Source: Chloroflexota bacterium
Lineage (GTDB): Bacteria; Chloroflexota; Limnocylindria; QHBO01
DNA length: 61,214 nt
Direction: 5' to 3'
NCBI GenBank assembly: GCA_039933775.1
Contig: JBDTNK010000004.1
Span: 1 to 61,214 of the forward strand
Shown here: positions 40,228 to 49,541 of the stretch, in pieces
Position numbering within the stretch: position 1 is the first letter of the stretch
Layout: each line of letters opens with the position of its first letter
The notes under the pieces: generated by a model
What the model saw: the letters and a program-made list of their open reading frames with translations, nothing else
What the model was told of the DNA's origin: nothing
Database searches by the model: none
Translations under genes and position numbers: made by a program

Positions 40228-40703
40228 GAGACGGCGTCCACGGCCACAGCGGACGGCACGCGCCCGATCCTGACGCGCCACACCTCGGGGCCCTGCTCGA
40301 GGTAGTCCCACGTGAAGGTGCCCGGCTGCTCCGCGTCGAGCTGATAGTAGAGCGGCTTCGGGTCGTGATCGTTGACGAGCTCGAAGCCGGCGCCCGCATC
40401 GAGGTTCCCGAAGGTCTCGAAGATGAGGGCGTGGCGGCGAACGGGGGGCTCGCTGCGAACGTCGAGCTTGGGGGTATCGGTCATCAGGGGGCTCCTTTCA
40501 GGATGCTGGCCGGCCGATTCGAGCCGGACCAGGTAGTGCATGACGCCGTTGAGCCGCTCGGCGGCTCGGGGCTCGTCGCGGCGCAGGCCGGCGTACGCGT
40601 CCGCGGCGAAACGGTTGGCCGCCTGCGGCTCACCGGCCTTGCCCAGCTCGCGCAGCGCACGAACCAGGACGGCGGTGAGCCGATCGACGGCGGAATCGGG
40701 CAT
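40224..40703 (-). CDS. DUF2249 domain protein with N-terminal helical extension
   Basis: LDVRSEPPVRRHALIF...LVNDHDPKPLYYQL...WDYLEQGPEVWRVRI. Confidence 0.85.
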   Translation of the reverse strand: MPDSAVDRLTAVLVRALRELGKAGEPQAANRFAADAYAGLRRDEPRAAERLNGVMHYLVRLESAGQHPERSPLMTDTPKLDVRSEPPVRRHALIFETFGNLDAGAGFELVNDHDPKPLYYQLDAEQPGTFTWDYLEQGPEVWRVRIGRVPSAVAVDAVS

Positions 40704-40705
40704 GG

Positions 40706-41161
40706 TCAGCCGATCAGCTCGTGCATGCCCGCCAGCAGCTCGCTGATCGAGACATTTGCGTCCGCGACCAGCGCAGGAACCAACAGGTCGTTCTCCTTGT
40801 GCAGATGCGACTCGAAGAGCGCCCGGATCGCGGCAGCGAGTGCCGCTGCGCTCACGCCATCGGCGGCGTTGCCCAGCGCTTCCACATGCGCGATGAGATT
40901 GCGGTGTTCGTCGCGCATCGAGCGGACGAGCAGCGCGGCGAGGCCGGTGTCGGCGGCCGGATACAGCGCCCCCTCCTCGGCTGAGGCGTGCGGCAGCAGC
41001 TCATCGCGGAGGTACTCCAGGACGTGCTCTTGCGCGGCGCCGTGCGGGGCGCCGGATCGCGCAGCCTCGATGAGCGCGTCGACGCGCTCTCGCAGCTCTG
41101 TCTGCATCTGTGTGTGGTGCGCGCGGATGGCATCCGCCGCCTGTGCATCGGTCATGGACAT
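40706..41161 (-). CDS. hemerythrin-like domain protein
   Basis: HH, HASAEE.ALYP, MRDEH, HLHKE; AAGGAG upstream. Confidence 0.88.
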   Translation of the reverse strand: MSMTDAQAADAIRAHHTQMQTELRERVDALIEAARSGAPHGAAQEHVLEYLRDELLPHASAEEGALYPAADTGLAALLVRSMRDEHRNLIAHVEALGNAADGVSAAALAAAIRALFESHLHKENDLLVPALVADANVSISELLAGMHELIG

Positions 41162-41201
41162 GGGTTTCGTCGCTCCTTGGGGCGCGTGCTGAAGTCGGCA
41201 C

Positions 41202-41235
41202 TTGATATTTACGGCCATTTCCGTGCAAAATGCAA
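41202..41235. promoter_or_regulatory. AT-rich imperfect inverted repeat; candidate operator in divergent promoter
   Basis: TTGATATTTACGG-ccattt-CCGTGCAAAATGCAA between hemerythrin gene and HTH regulator. Confidence 0.45.
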
Positions 41236-41237
41236 GC

Positions 41238-41900
41238 ATGACGTCCACGCAGCATCATCGAGCGCTCGCCGGCGCGACGCGCAGCCGGCTCCTGGCGGTC
41301 CTCCGTGCCTCGGCCGCACCGCTGGGCATCCGGGAATTGGCGAGCGCCGTCGCGCTCCATCCCAACACGGTGCGCGAGCATCTGCAGCTCCTCGCTGATG
41401 CCGGACTCGTGACGCGCGAGGTCGTCTCGTCGGGCAGCCGCGGCCGTCCCGCGATTCGCTTCACCCTGCAGCCCGATGCGCTGACCGGCGAGGCGCGACC
41501 GTACGCGACCCTCTCGCGCGTCCTGGCGGACCAGCTGGCCGAGCTGCCGAACGCGTCCTCCACGGCTCGACGTGCGGGCCGGCGCTGGGGCAAGGCGATG
41601 GCCGCCGGCATGGTCGCGGCGCCGACGGCCGAGGCAGCGACGGAGCGGATCGTCGAGCTGCTCGACGAGGCCGGCTTCGCGCCCGAGACGCCGATTGATG
41701 ACGGGGCCACGATCCGCCTGCGGAACTGCCCGTTCGGCACGCTCGCGGTCGGCCGTGAGCCGGTCATCTGCGGCGTGCACCTGGGGCTCATGCAGGGTGC
41801 CCTGCGCGAGATGGGCGCGCCGCTGGAGGCGACCAGCCTGGAGCCATTCGTCACGCCTGACCTGTGCCTGGCGCACCTCGCGAGCCGCAACAGTGCCTGA
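41238..41900 (+). CDS. ArsR/SufR-like HTH transcriptional regulator
   Basis: LHPNTVREHL, GRP, C-terminal NCPF...ICGVH...C. Confidence 0.88.
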   Translation: MTSTQHHRALAGATRSRLLAVLRASAAPLGIRELASAVALHPNTVREHLQLLADAGLVTREVVSSGSRGRPAIRFTLQPDALTGEARPYATLSRVLADQLAELPNASSTARRAGRRWGKAMAAGMVAAPTAEAATERIVELLDEAGFAPETPIDDGATIRLRNCPFGTLAVGREPVICGVHLGLMQGALREMGAPLEATSLEPFVTPDLCLAHLASRNSA

Positions 41901-41922
41901 CGGCGGGATGCCTGATGGCGGC

Positions 41923-42252
41923 ATGAATGTCGGCCGGCTGCTCGGTGCGCCCGTCGAACCCGGCACGCTGCTGGAGCACCTGCACTCGGTGATCGATCCC
42001 GAGCTGGGGGTCAACATCGTCGACCTTGGCCTGGTCTACGACGCCGCGGTGGTGGACGGCGTGGCGCAGATCCTGATGACCATGACCACGCCCGCCTGCC
42101 CGCTTGGCGACTACCTCACCGAGCACATCCGCTGGGCGCTGCTGGAGATCGATGACGTGCTCGACGTCGAGGTCGAGATCACCCATGATCCGCGCTGGTC
42201 GCCCGACATGATGACCCCGTTCGCCAAGAGCCAGCTCGGCTGGGCCCGATGA
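41923..42252 (+). CDS. SufT/DUF59 metal-sulfur cluster assembly factor
   Basis: VIDPELGVNIVDLGLVY, MTTPACP, PRWSPDMM; start uncertain (41893, 41908 or 41923). Confidence 0.9.
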   Translation: MNVGRLLGAPVEPGTLLEHLHSVIDPELGVNIVDLGLVYDAAVVDGVAQILMTMTTPACPLGDYLTEHIRWALLEIDDVLDVEVEITHDPRWSPDMMTPFAKSQLGWAR

Positions 42253-43349
42253 GGGTGCCTGCCTGGCGATACGGGCTGTTGGCGTTAGGTGGCGCCGGCC
42301 TGCTCGCCGGCCTGATCGGGGCGCTCGTCCTGCTTCGACTGCCGATGCCCGCCGCCGCCGCGCGCCTGGCCGGCAGCCACGGGGTGCTCATGACGCTGGG
42401 ATTCCTGGGAACGCTCATCGCCCTGGAGCGCGCCGTCGCGCTGGGCCGCGGGTGGGGCTACCTCGCCCCGCTCGCCGCAGGCGCCGGCGCGATGGCGCTC
42501 ACCGTCGGCGCGCCAGAGCGGATTGGCATGCTGCTGCTGACCATCGGGGCGGCCGTCTTCGTTGTCATGTACGTCGCCTTCGACCGCATCGAGCGCTCGC
42601 TGCACACCGGCATCCAGGCCCTCGGCGCGCTGGCCTGGCTCGGCGCCGGGATCCTGCTCGTCGCCGGCTGGTCAGCGCGCGAGGCCGCTCCGTGGCTCGC
42701 TGCCTTCCTCTTCCTGACGATCGCCGGCGAGCGCCTGGAGCTGTCGCGCCTCGCTCGGCTGTCGGATCGCGCGCGGACCGCGTTCGTCGTCGGCGCAATC
42801 GTCTTCTCCGGCGGCGTCCTGCTGACGCTCGCGACCCGCGATGCGGGCATCCGCATCGCGGGCATCGGTCTTGTGGGTCTGGCCGTCTGGCTGGCGCGCA
42901 ATGATGTCGCTCGGCGCACCGTCCGCATGCCAGGCATCACGCGTTTCGTGGCGCTCTCGCTGCTCATCGGGTATGCGTGGCTGGCGGTTGCGGGCCTGTG
43001 CTGGGTCGCCTTCGGGGCCGTCGAGGGCGGCGCAGCGTACGACGCGATGCTCCACGCGCTCTTCCTGGGCTTCGCGATCTCGATGGTCTTCGGCCACGCA
43101 CCGATCATCCTGCCCGCCGTCCTGCACCTGCCACTCCCCTATCACCCGCGCTTCTACGTCCATCTCGCCCTGCTGCACGTCGGTCTGCTGCTGCGGATCG
43201 GCGGTGGGGACCTGCTGGGCTGGGACGCCGCCTTCCGAATCGGCGGCCTGCTGAACATCATCGCGCTGCTGCTCTTCGTCGCCACATCCGCGACGGCGAT
43301 CGTGGTGGCGCCCAATCGTGGCGCGCGACGGGTTCCCGCCAGCGCCTAG
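42249..43349 (+). CDS. polytopic membrane protein typical of DUF2249 clusters
   Basis: About 11-12 TMs; HGVLMTLGFLGTLIALER, GERLEL, HALFLGF, GHAP. Confidence 0.8.
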   Translation: MRVPAWRYGLLALGGAGLLAGLIGALVLLRLPMPAAAARLAGSHGVLMTLGFLGTLIALERAVALGRGWGYLAPLAAGAGAMALTVGAPERIGMLLLTIGAAVFVVMYVAFDRIERSLHTGIQALGALAWLGAGILLVAGWSAREAAPWLAAFLFLTIAGERLELSRLARLSDRARTAFVVGAIVFSGGVLLTLATRDAGIRIAGIGLVGLAVWLARNDVARRTVRMPGITRFVALSLLIGYAWLAVAGLCWVAFGAVEGGAAYDAMLHALFLGFAISMVFGHAPIILPAVLHLPLPYHPRFYVHLALLHVGLLLRIGGGDLLGWDAAFRIGGLLNIIALLLFVATSATAIVVAPNRGARRVPASA

Positions 43350-43369
43350 ACCAAGGAGACGACACCGAG

Positions 43370-43852
43370 ATGCGACTGAATTACGCCCATGCACTTCCCG
43401 CGGCGACGCGGGCCATGATCGCCCTCGAGGACGTGGTCAAGCAGAGCGAGCTCGAGCCGGAGCTCATGGAGCTCGTCAAGCTGCGCGCCTCGCAGATCAA
43501 CGGCTGCGCGTACTGCGTCGACATGCACACCAAGGACGCGCGTGCCATCGGCGAGCAGGAGCGACGGCTGCACCTCGTCGCGGTGTGGCGCGACACCGAC
43601 GTCTTCACGCCGCGCGAGCGCGCCGCGCTGGCCTGGACCGAGGCGCTCACGCTGCTGGCGCAGAGCCGCGCGCCCGACGAGGCGTATGACGCCATGGCGG
43701 CGCTCTTCCCGGCCGCCGAGCAGGTTGCGCTCACGCTTGGGATCGTGGCCATCAACGGCTGGAACCGCCTCAACGTGGGCTTCCGCACGCCGGCCGGCGA
43801 CTACGTGTCGCATCGTCATCCGGCTCGCGCCGCCACCGCCATCGCGAGCTGA
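43370..43852 (+). CDS. AhpD/carboxymuconolactone decarboxylase family protein
   Basis: LRASQINGCAYCVDMH, ERAALAWTE, INGWNR; AAGGAG RBS. Confidence 0.92.
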   Translation: MRLNYAHALPAATRAMIALEDVVKQSELEPELMELVKLRASQINGCAYCVDMHTKDARAIGEQERRLHLVAVWRDTDVFTPRERAALAWTEALTLLAQSRAPDEAYDAMAALFPAAEQVALTLGIVAINGWNRLNVGFRTPAGDYVSHRHPARAATAIAS

Positions 43853-43865
43853 TCGGCTCGAACTG

Positions 43866-44228
43866 ATGAACGTCCAGATCCGGCGCGCCTACCTCGAGCC
43901 GGCGGCCGACGACGGCCATCGGGTGCTGGTGGACCGCGTCTGGCCGCGCGGGCGCACGAAGGCGCAGCTCCACATCGAGCAGTGGGCGCGCGACCTGGGA
44001 CCGAGCACCGAGCTGCGCCGCTGGTTCGGGCACGACCCGGTGCGCTGGAACGAGTTTCGCGAGCGATATCAAGCGGAGCTGGCGTCGCCCGACAAGGCCG
44101 CGCTGCTCGATGAGCTGGCCGAGCGGGCGCGTCGCGAACGCCTGACGCTGGTCTACGGGGCTCGAGACGAGGAGCACAACCAGGCGGTCGTGCTGGCCGA
44201 GGAGATCGGCCGCCGGCTGGAGGTCTGA
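43866..44228 (+). CDS. DUF488 (YeaO-like) protein
   Basis: IRRAY, RVLVDRVWPRG, PSTELRRWFGH, HNQAVVL. Confidence 0.9.
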   Translation: MNVQIRRAYLEPAADDGHRVLVDRVWPRGRTKAQLHIEQWARDLGPSTELRRWFGHDPVRWNEFRERYQAELASPDKAALLDELAERARRERLTLVYGARDEEHNQAVVLAEEIGRRLEV

Positions 44229-44235
44229 GCGGGCC

Positions 44236-44667
44236 TCAGCTTCCGAAGAAGAGGTCGAGCCACTGCTCCAGCAGCGGCTTCGGTGCGGGCATCGGCGGCG
44301 CAAGCTCGGGCGGCAGCGGTGCCTCCGCTCCCTCGGGGATGATGAGCAGGTGCTCGTCGCCGGTGCCGATGCTCGTCAGCGCCCGGACCTCGGAGCTGAT
44401 GTAGGCGTCGCTCTGCAGGTACTCCAGCTCGGCTCGCAGCTCGTCGTTGCGAGCCTCCATCTGCGAGATCTCGAGGCGCGCGGCCGCCGCTTGATCGGTG
44501 ATCTGCCAGTTCTGGTAGACCTCGCGACCGACCTGCACGGCCAGGAAAAGTCCCGCCACCACGAGCACCACCATCCAGCCCAGTCGACTGCCGGTCGTCG
44601 GCAGCTGGAATCGCGGACGCCGCGAACGGCGTGCCGGCGCGCTGGCTGAGGCGTCGAGGCTCGTCAT
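44236..44667 (-). CDS. FtsB/DivIC septum-formation initiator family protein
   Basis: Short cytoplasmic tail, one TM, coiled coil, YLQSDAYI; start 44667 or 44670. Confidence 0.78.
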   Translation of the reverse strand: MTSLDASASAPARRSRRPRFQLPTTGSRLGWMVVLVVAGLFLAVQVGREVYQNWQITDQAAAARLEISQMEARNDELRAELEYLQSDAYISSEVRALTSIGTGDEHLLIIPEGAEAPLPPELAPPMPAPKPLLEQWLDLFFGS

Positions 44668-44701
44668 CACCAGCGCGCAGTCTACGGGATCGGCGTGCAG
44701 G

Positions 44702-44710
44702 TTATCCACA
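44702..44710 (+). promoter_or_regulatory. DnaA box
   Basis: Exact TTATCCACA, intergenic, 17 nt upstream of minus-strand TAGACT (44679-44684). Confidence 0.6.
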
Positions 44711-44782
44711 TCACCGCGCCGGGGCGCGACAGGCTAGGTGTCGCGTCGCGCGACCAGCATGGCCCGTGGCGTGGTAGCGTTT

Positions 44783-44796
44783 CGAACATCTGTTCT
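44783..44796. promoter_or_regulatory. LexA (SOS) box, Gram-positive type
   Basis: CGAAC-ATCT-GTTCT fits GAAC-N4-GTTC; directly after TAGCGT and before a DNA-repair operon. Confidence 0.8.
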
Positions 44797-44827
44797 ATCG
44801 TTCGACCGATGCGCCGGAGGACCAGCG

Positions 44828-47110
44828 ATGTTGACCGTTCCTGCCCGCGACGCCGAGGAGGCCATCGCGCGGCTCGTCGCCGACCCGACCATAGAGGCCA
44901 TGGTGACGGCGCACCGTGTGCTCGAGCCGCGCCCGCCGCGCCACGCACCCTGGCCCGAGAATCTCGATCCTCGCCTTCGCCAGGCGCTGCACGACCGCGG
45001 CGTCGAGGCGCTCTACACGCACCAGGCACAGGCGTTCGCGGCCGCGAGCGCGCGGCGCAACGCCGTCGTCGTGACGCCGACCGCATCGGGCAAGACGCTG
45101 TGCTACAACCTGCCGGTCCTCGACGCGGTGGCCCGCGACGATGCGGCCCGCGCGCTCTACCTGTTCCCGACCAAGGCCTTGGCGGCGGACCAGCTGGTGG
45201 AGCTGCGCGCGCTGTCGGACGCCGCGGGCATCGGTCTCAAGACGCACACCTATGACGGCGACACGCCCGCCAACGTGCGCAGCGTGGTTCGCAGCGCGGG
45301 CCAGGTCGTGATCACCAACCCGGACATGCTGCACGCGGCGATCCTGCCGCACCACACGAAGTGGTTCAAGCTGTTCGAGAATCTGCAGTACGTCGTGATC
45401 GACGAGCTGCACACCTACCGCGGCCTCTTCGGCAGCCATGTCGCCAACGTCATCCGCCGCCTGCGGCGCATCTGCCGCCACTACGGCGCTGATCCGATCT
45501 TCATCTGCGCCAGCGCCACGATCGCCAACCCGCGCGAGCTGGCCGAGCGCATCATCGAGGCGCCCGTCGAGCTGATCGACGATAACGGTGCGCCGTCGGG
45601 GCGTAAGCACATCCTGGTGGTCAATCCGCCGGTCGCCAACGGGGAGCTGGGCATTCGCGGCAGCTCCGTGCTGACGGCCCAACGCCTCGGGGAGCAGCTG
45701 ATCCGCGATGGGGTGCAGACGATCCTCTTCGCCCGCAGCCGCACCGCAGTCGAGGTGCTGACCAGCTACCTGCGCGAAGCGATCCCGGCGCCGGACGGCC
45801 ACCCGAGCACGATCCGCGGCTATCGCGGCGGCTATCTCCCCAACCAGCGACACGAGATCGAGCGTGGGCTGCGCGAAGGGCGCGTGCGAGGCGTGGTGGC
45901 CACCAATGCCCTGGAGCTCGGCATCGACATCGGCAGCCTGGATGCGGCGATCAGCGTCGGCTATCCCGGCACCATCGCGTCGACGTGGCAGCAGATGGGC
46001 CGCGCGGGTCGGCGATCGGGCACCAGCATCTCGGTCCTCGTCTGCTCCTCATCCCCCATCGACCAGTTCCTGGCCGCGCATCCGGAGTACCTCTTCGACA
46101 GCTCACCCGAGCACGGGCTCATCAATCCCGACAACCTGTACGTGCTGCTCAACCACCTGCGCGCCTCGAGCTTCGAACTGCCGGTGCCCGCCACCGAGCG
46201 ATTCGGGCTCGAGGAGACACCGCTGCTGCTCGACATGCTGCAGGAGGACGGTTATCTCCGCCGCGCCGACGACGATCGCTACTACTGGAGTCACGAGAAC
46301 TTCCCCGCCAGCGACTTCAGCCTGCGCACTGGGGCGCCGGAGAACGTTGTCATCGTCGATACGACCGGCGATCGGCACCGGGTGCTCGGCGAGGTGGACC
46401 TCTTCGCCGCGCCGCTCCTCGTCCACGAGAAGGCGATCTACATCCACGAGGGCGTACAGCACCACGTCGACCGGCTCGACTGGGATGAGCGCAAGGCGTA
46501 TGTCACGCGCACCGACGTCGATTACTACACCGATGCGTCGCTCGGCATCACGCTCAAGGTGCTCGAGGTGGCAGATGAGACCGATGCGGCGCCCGCCGGC
46601 GGGCGCCAGCGCGGCGAGGTGATGGTCGCCTGGAAGGTGACGATGTTCAAGAAGATCAAGTTCCACACCCACGAGAACGTGGGCTGGGGCTCGATCAGCA
46701 TCCCCGAGCAGGAGATGCACACGACCGCGACGTGGCTCATTCCACCCGCCGAACTCGTCAATCGCTACGACCGCGACACGCTCGACGGCGCGCTCATCGG
46801 CCTGGGGCGCGTGGCGCGCACCACCGCCGCGCTGCTGCTGATGTCCGATGTCCGCGACCTGGGCGTGCTGGCCCAGGTCCAGGCGCCGTTCACGGGCCGC
46901 CCGACGCTCTACCTCTACGACGCGGTGCCGGGCGGCGTGGGCCTCACCGAGCGGCTCTTCAGCCTGACCGACGAGCTGGTGCGCGCCTGTCGCGATGCCG
47001 TTACCTCGTGCCCGTGCAGCGACGGCTGCCCGGCCTGCGTCGGACCCGCGATCGAGGTCGGAGCGCGGGGCAAGGCAACGGTCATCGAGCTCCTGGCCGG
47101 CATGTCCTGA
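44828..47110 (+). CDS. SF2 helicase with DUF1998 (MrfA/YprA/Hrq family)
   Basis: PTASGKT, FPTKALAADQ, VIDELH, ASAT, LELGIDIG, QQMGRAGR, C-terminal CPCSDGCPAC. Confidence 0.93.
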   Translation: MLTVPARDAEEAIARLVADPTIEAMVTAHRVLEPRPPRHAPWPENLDPRLRQALHDRGVEALYTHQAQAFAAASARRNAVVVTPTASGKTLCYNLPVLDAVARDDAARALYLFPTKALAADQLVELRALSDAAGIGLKTHTYDGDTPANVRSVVRSAGQVVITNPDMLHAAILPHHTKWFKLFENLQYVVIDELHTYRGLFGSHVANVIRRLRRICRHYGADPIFICASATIANPRELAERIIEAPVELIDDNGAPSGRKHILVVNPPVANGELGIRGSSVLTAQRLGEQLIRDGVQTILFARSRTAVEVLTSYLREAIPAPDGHPSTIRGYRGGYLPNQRHEIERGLREGRVRGVVATNALELGIDIGSLDAAISVGYPGTIASTWQQMGRAGRRSGTSISVLVCSSSPIDQFLAAHPEYLFDSSPEHGLINPDNLYVLLNHLRASSFELPVPATERFGLEETPLLLDMLQEDGYLRRADDDRYYWSHENFPASDFSLRTGAPENVVIVDTTGDRHRVLGEVDLFAAPLLVHEKAIYIHEGVQHHVDRLDWDERKAYVTRTDVDYYTDASLGITLKVLEVADETDAAPAGGRQRGEVMVAWKVTMFKKIKFHTHENVGWGSISIPEQEMHTTATWLIPPAELVNRYDRDTLDGALIGLGRVARTTAALLLMSDVRDLGVLAQVQAPFTGRPTLYLYDAVPGGVGLTERLFSLTDELVRACRDAVTSCPCSDGCPACVGPAIEVGARGKATVIELLAGMS

Positions 47111-47113
47111 CCG

Positions 47114-48337
47114 ATGCTCACGCAGCGATTGCTGGCGGACAAGCTCGCCGCCGTCCGACGCTCGCAGGGCACGGCTTCGCCGTCGCGGCCTCTCGCCGCG
47201 GACCGGGCCGATGGCCTCGCCCGCTGGCTCGGCGCCGAGCTGCGCGTCGCCGACGTCGGGCGGGTCATCCTGATCGAGCGCTCGATTCCGCTGCCGGTCG
47301 ACGTCGCCGCGGCACTCGCCACGCTGCCGGCGGCCTGTTACTTCGATACCGAGACGACCGGTCTCTCGACCGGAGCCGGGACCGTCGTCTTCCTCGCGGC
47401 GCTGGGCCGCCTCGACGGCCAGCGGCTCGTCGTGCACCAGTACCTGCTGCCCGACTATCCCGATGAGCTGGCGCTGCTGCGCCACGTCGCCGCAGAGCTG
47501 GCAGTGGCGGAGCGCCTCGTGACGTACAACGGACGTGCCTTTGACCTGCCGCTCGTCGTCGCGCGCCTGACGGTGAATGGCCTCTTCTCCGCCATGGCGG
47601 AGATCCCGCAGCGCCACGACGACCTGCTGCCGGTCGCCCGCCGCCTCTGGCGCCGGTCGCTGGGCGGCGCGCGCCTGGCCGACGTGGAGCGCGGCGTGCT
47701 CGGTGTCGAACGCACCTCCGACTGCCCCAGCTGGGAGGTGCCCGGACGCTGGTTCGGTTACCTGCGCGGCGGCTCGCCAGAGCTGCTGGTGGCGGTGCTC
47801 GACCACAACCTGCAGGACATCGCGTCGTTGGCGCTGCTCGAGGGCGAGCTGCTGCGCCTGCGCGCCGGGGGCTGGCGCAACGCTGCCGCGCTCGACCATC
47901 GCGGCATGGCGATCGAGCTGCTGCGTGACGGGCGTGGCGCCGACGCGCTCGAGGTCCTGGAGCATGCGCTCGATGGCACCGTCGATCCGGCCGAGGCGGC
48001 CGGCCTGCGGCGCCTCTCGTCGCGCCTCCTGCTCGCCGGTGGCGAGCCTGAACGCGCCGAGGCACTCTGGCGCGACGGCACGCGGCGAGCCTCGATCGAG
48101 GCGGCCACCGCGTGGGTCGAGGTGGCGCGCATCAGAGAGCGACACCGTGGCGACCTGCGCGGCGCGCTCGAGGCCACACAGGCCGCGTCACGTGTGCTCG
48201 ACCTGGCCTTCGCGCTGGGACGCGGCGGATCGATCGAGGCCATCGCGCGCACCAGGCTCATCGTCGACCGACGACTGCGTCGCCTGCGGCGCTGGGTCGC
48301 CGCCGCCGAGCGGCGACGGGCACGCGTGGCCGCCTGA
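47114..48337 (+). CDS. RNase H-like DEDD exonuclease with helical repeats (MrfB/YprB family)
   Basis: YFDTETTGL, TYNGRAFD, HDDLL, HNLQD; follows MrfA-like gene. Confidence 0.88.
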   Translation: MLTQRLLADKLAAVRRSQGTASPSRPLAADRADGLARWLGAELRVADVGRVILIERSIPLPVDVAAALATLPAACYFDTETTGLSTGAGTVVFLAALGRLDGQRLVVHQYLLPDYPDELALLRHVAAELAVAERLVTYNGRAFDLPLVVARLTVNGLFSAMAEIPQRHDDLLPVARRLWRRSLGGARLADVERGVLGVERTSDCPSWEVPGRWFGYLRGGSPELLVAVLDHNLQDIASLALLEGELLRLRAGGWRNAAALDHRGMAIELLRDGRGADALEVLEHALDGTVDPAEAAGLRRLSSRLLLAGGEPERAEALWRDGTRRASIEAATAWVEVARIRERHRGDLRGALEATQAASRVLDLAFALGRGGSIEAIARTRLIVDRRLRRLRRWVAAAERRRARVAA

Positions 48338-48341
48338 ATCG

Positions 48342-49187
48342 CTAGGCGCGACGCGCGCGCAGCATGCGGCTGACCGCGCCGGCCGCATCGCGCGCCGCGG
48401 CATCGAGTGTCGCTCCCCCACCGAGCTCCGCGACCAGCACGGCTGCGTAGGCGTCGCCGGCACCCACCGACGGCACGCCATCGATCCGGTCGGCGACGCC
48501 GACGTGGCGGCGCTCGCCGCCGGCATCGAGCCACGCACCATGAACGCTCTCCGTCACCACCAGCGCCGGTCGCGGCCCGACCGTGGCGCGCAGCGCGTCG
48601 AGCTGCGCCAGCGGATCGGTGGCATCCGCCACGAGGTCCTCGCGGCTGGCGATCAACAGGTCCAGCTCAGCCAGACGCGCCACGAGAGCCAGCGGCAGCG
48701 CGGCCAGCGGCAGCGGCGTGACCTCGCTCCCCGGCTCGAGCGTGCGCAGCCAGCCCTGCAGGATCGCGGCGGTATAGCAGCCGTCGAAGCGCTGCCCGCC
48801 CAGCGCCGGCCCGAGCTCGTTCGCGACCGGCGCGTAGAGCACGGCGCGCGGCGCGAGCGTCGGGGGCGGTGCCTCGAGCTGCGCCGCCGCCGCCTCCAGG
48901 AAGAGGCGCCGCATCGGCCCGGATTCGTCGTGGCGAAAGGTGACCGTTGGATCGACGGCCTGGTGGTGCAGGATCGCCAGGCGCCCGATCTCCGTCAGTC
49001 CGGCACGTGCCTCCGACTCATCGCCGGCCGTGGCGATGACGGCGGTGCGCAGCCCGGCGTGTGCGGCGGCGCGCGCGGCGTGCAGCACCGAGCCGCCGGG
49101 CGCGGCGTGGCCGTCGGCGAAGCGGTCGATCGTCAGCGCCCCCACGATGAGGAGGTCGATGCCGTTGGGCGGCGGTCCGGGAGGCAT
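48342..49187 (-). CDS. PfkB-family carbohydrate kinase
   Basis: VGALTID, PGGS, LQGWLR, VGAGDAY; start uncertain. Confidence 0.8.
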   Translation of the reverse strand: MPPGPPPNGIDLLIVGALTIDRFADGHAAPGGSVLHAARAAAHAGLRTAVIATAGDESEARAGLTEIGRLAILHHQAVDPTVTFRHDESGPMRRLFLEAAAAQLEAPPPTLAPRAVLYAPVANELGPALGGQRFDGCYTAAILQGWLRTLEPGSEVTPLPLAALPLALVARLAELDLLIASREDLVADATDPLAQLDALRATVGPRPALVVTESVHGAWLDAGGERRHVGVADRIDGVPSVGAGDAYAAVLVAELGGGATLDAAARDAAGAVSRMLRARRA

Positions 49188-49208
49188 CGGTCTATCATCC
49201 ATGGCGAG

Positions 49209-49529
49209 ATGCAACTCTTCTTCTTCGAGCTCCACGAGGGAGCCACCGACCTGATGACCGATGCGCTTCTCGTCTCGGAGCGCGACCATACTCCTGCCCA
49301 GTTCGAGGCGATGGTGCAGACCGCACGCCGCGCGATCCTCGACACGTTCGAGGAGGACAGCCTTGCGGAGGCCATCGCGCGTGAGCTCGAGCGGTCGCAC
49401 GGCTTCACCTTCATCAGCGACGAGAAGCTGCACGCCTCGATGAACGTCGGGATGGAGGAGGCGGACAACTACCTGGTCGAGAAGAGCGACGAGTTCCGCA
49501 GCATCGTGACGGAGCTGGAGCGCTCCTAG
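49209..49529 (+). CDS. acidic hypothetical protein (106 aa)
   Basis: C-terminal part of ORF 47577..49529 from ATG 49209; protein-like composition; fills the gap between pfkB and ychF. Confidence 0.72.
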   Translation: MQLFFFELHEGATDLMTDALLVSERDHTPAQFEAMVQTARRAILDTFEEDSLAEAIARELERSHGFTFISDEKLHASMNVGMEEADNYLVEKSDEFRSIVTELERS

Positions 49530-49541
49530 GTCGCTCGCGGG

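Noticed and set aside
41893-41922. 15-bp tandem duplication at the sufT start
   Set aside because: A local duplication that only makes the start codon ambiguous
44702-44710. oriC
   Set aside because: Single box, no AT-rich unwinding element, no dnaA/dnaN nearby
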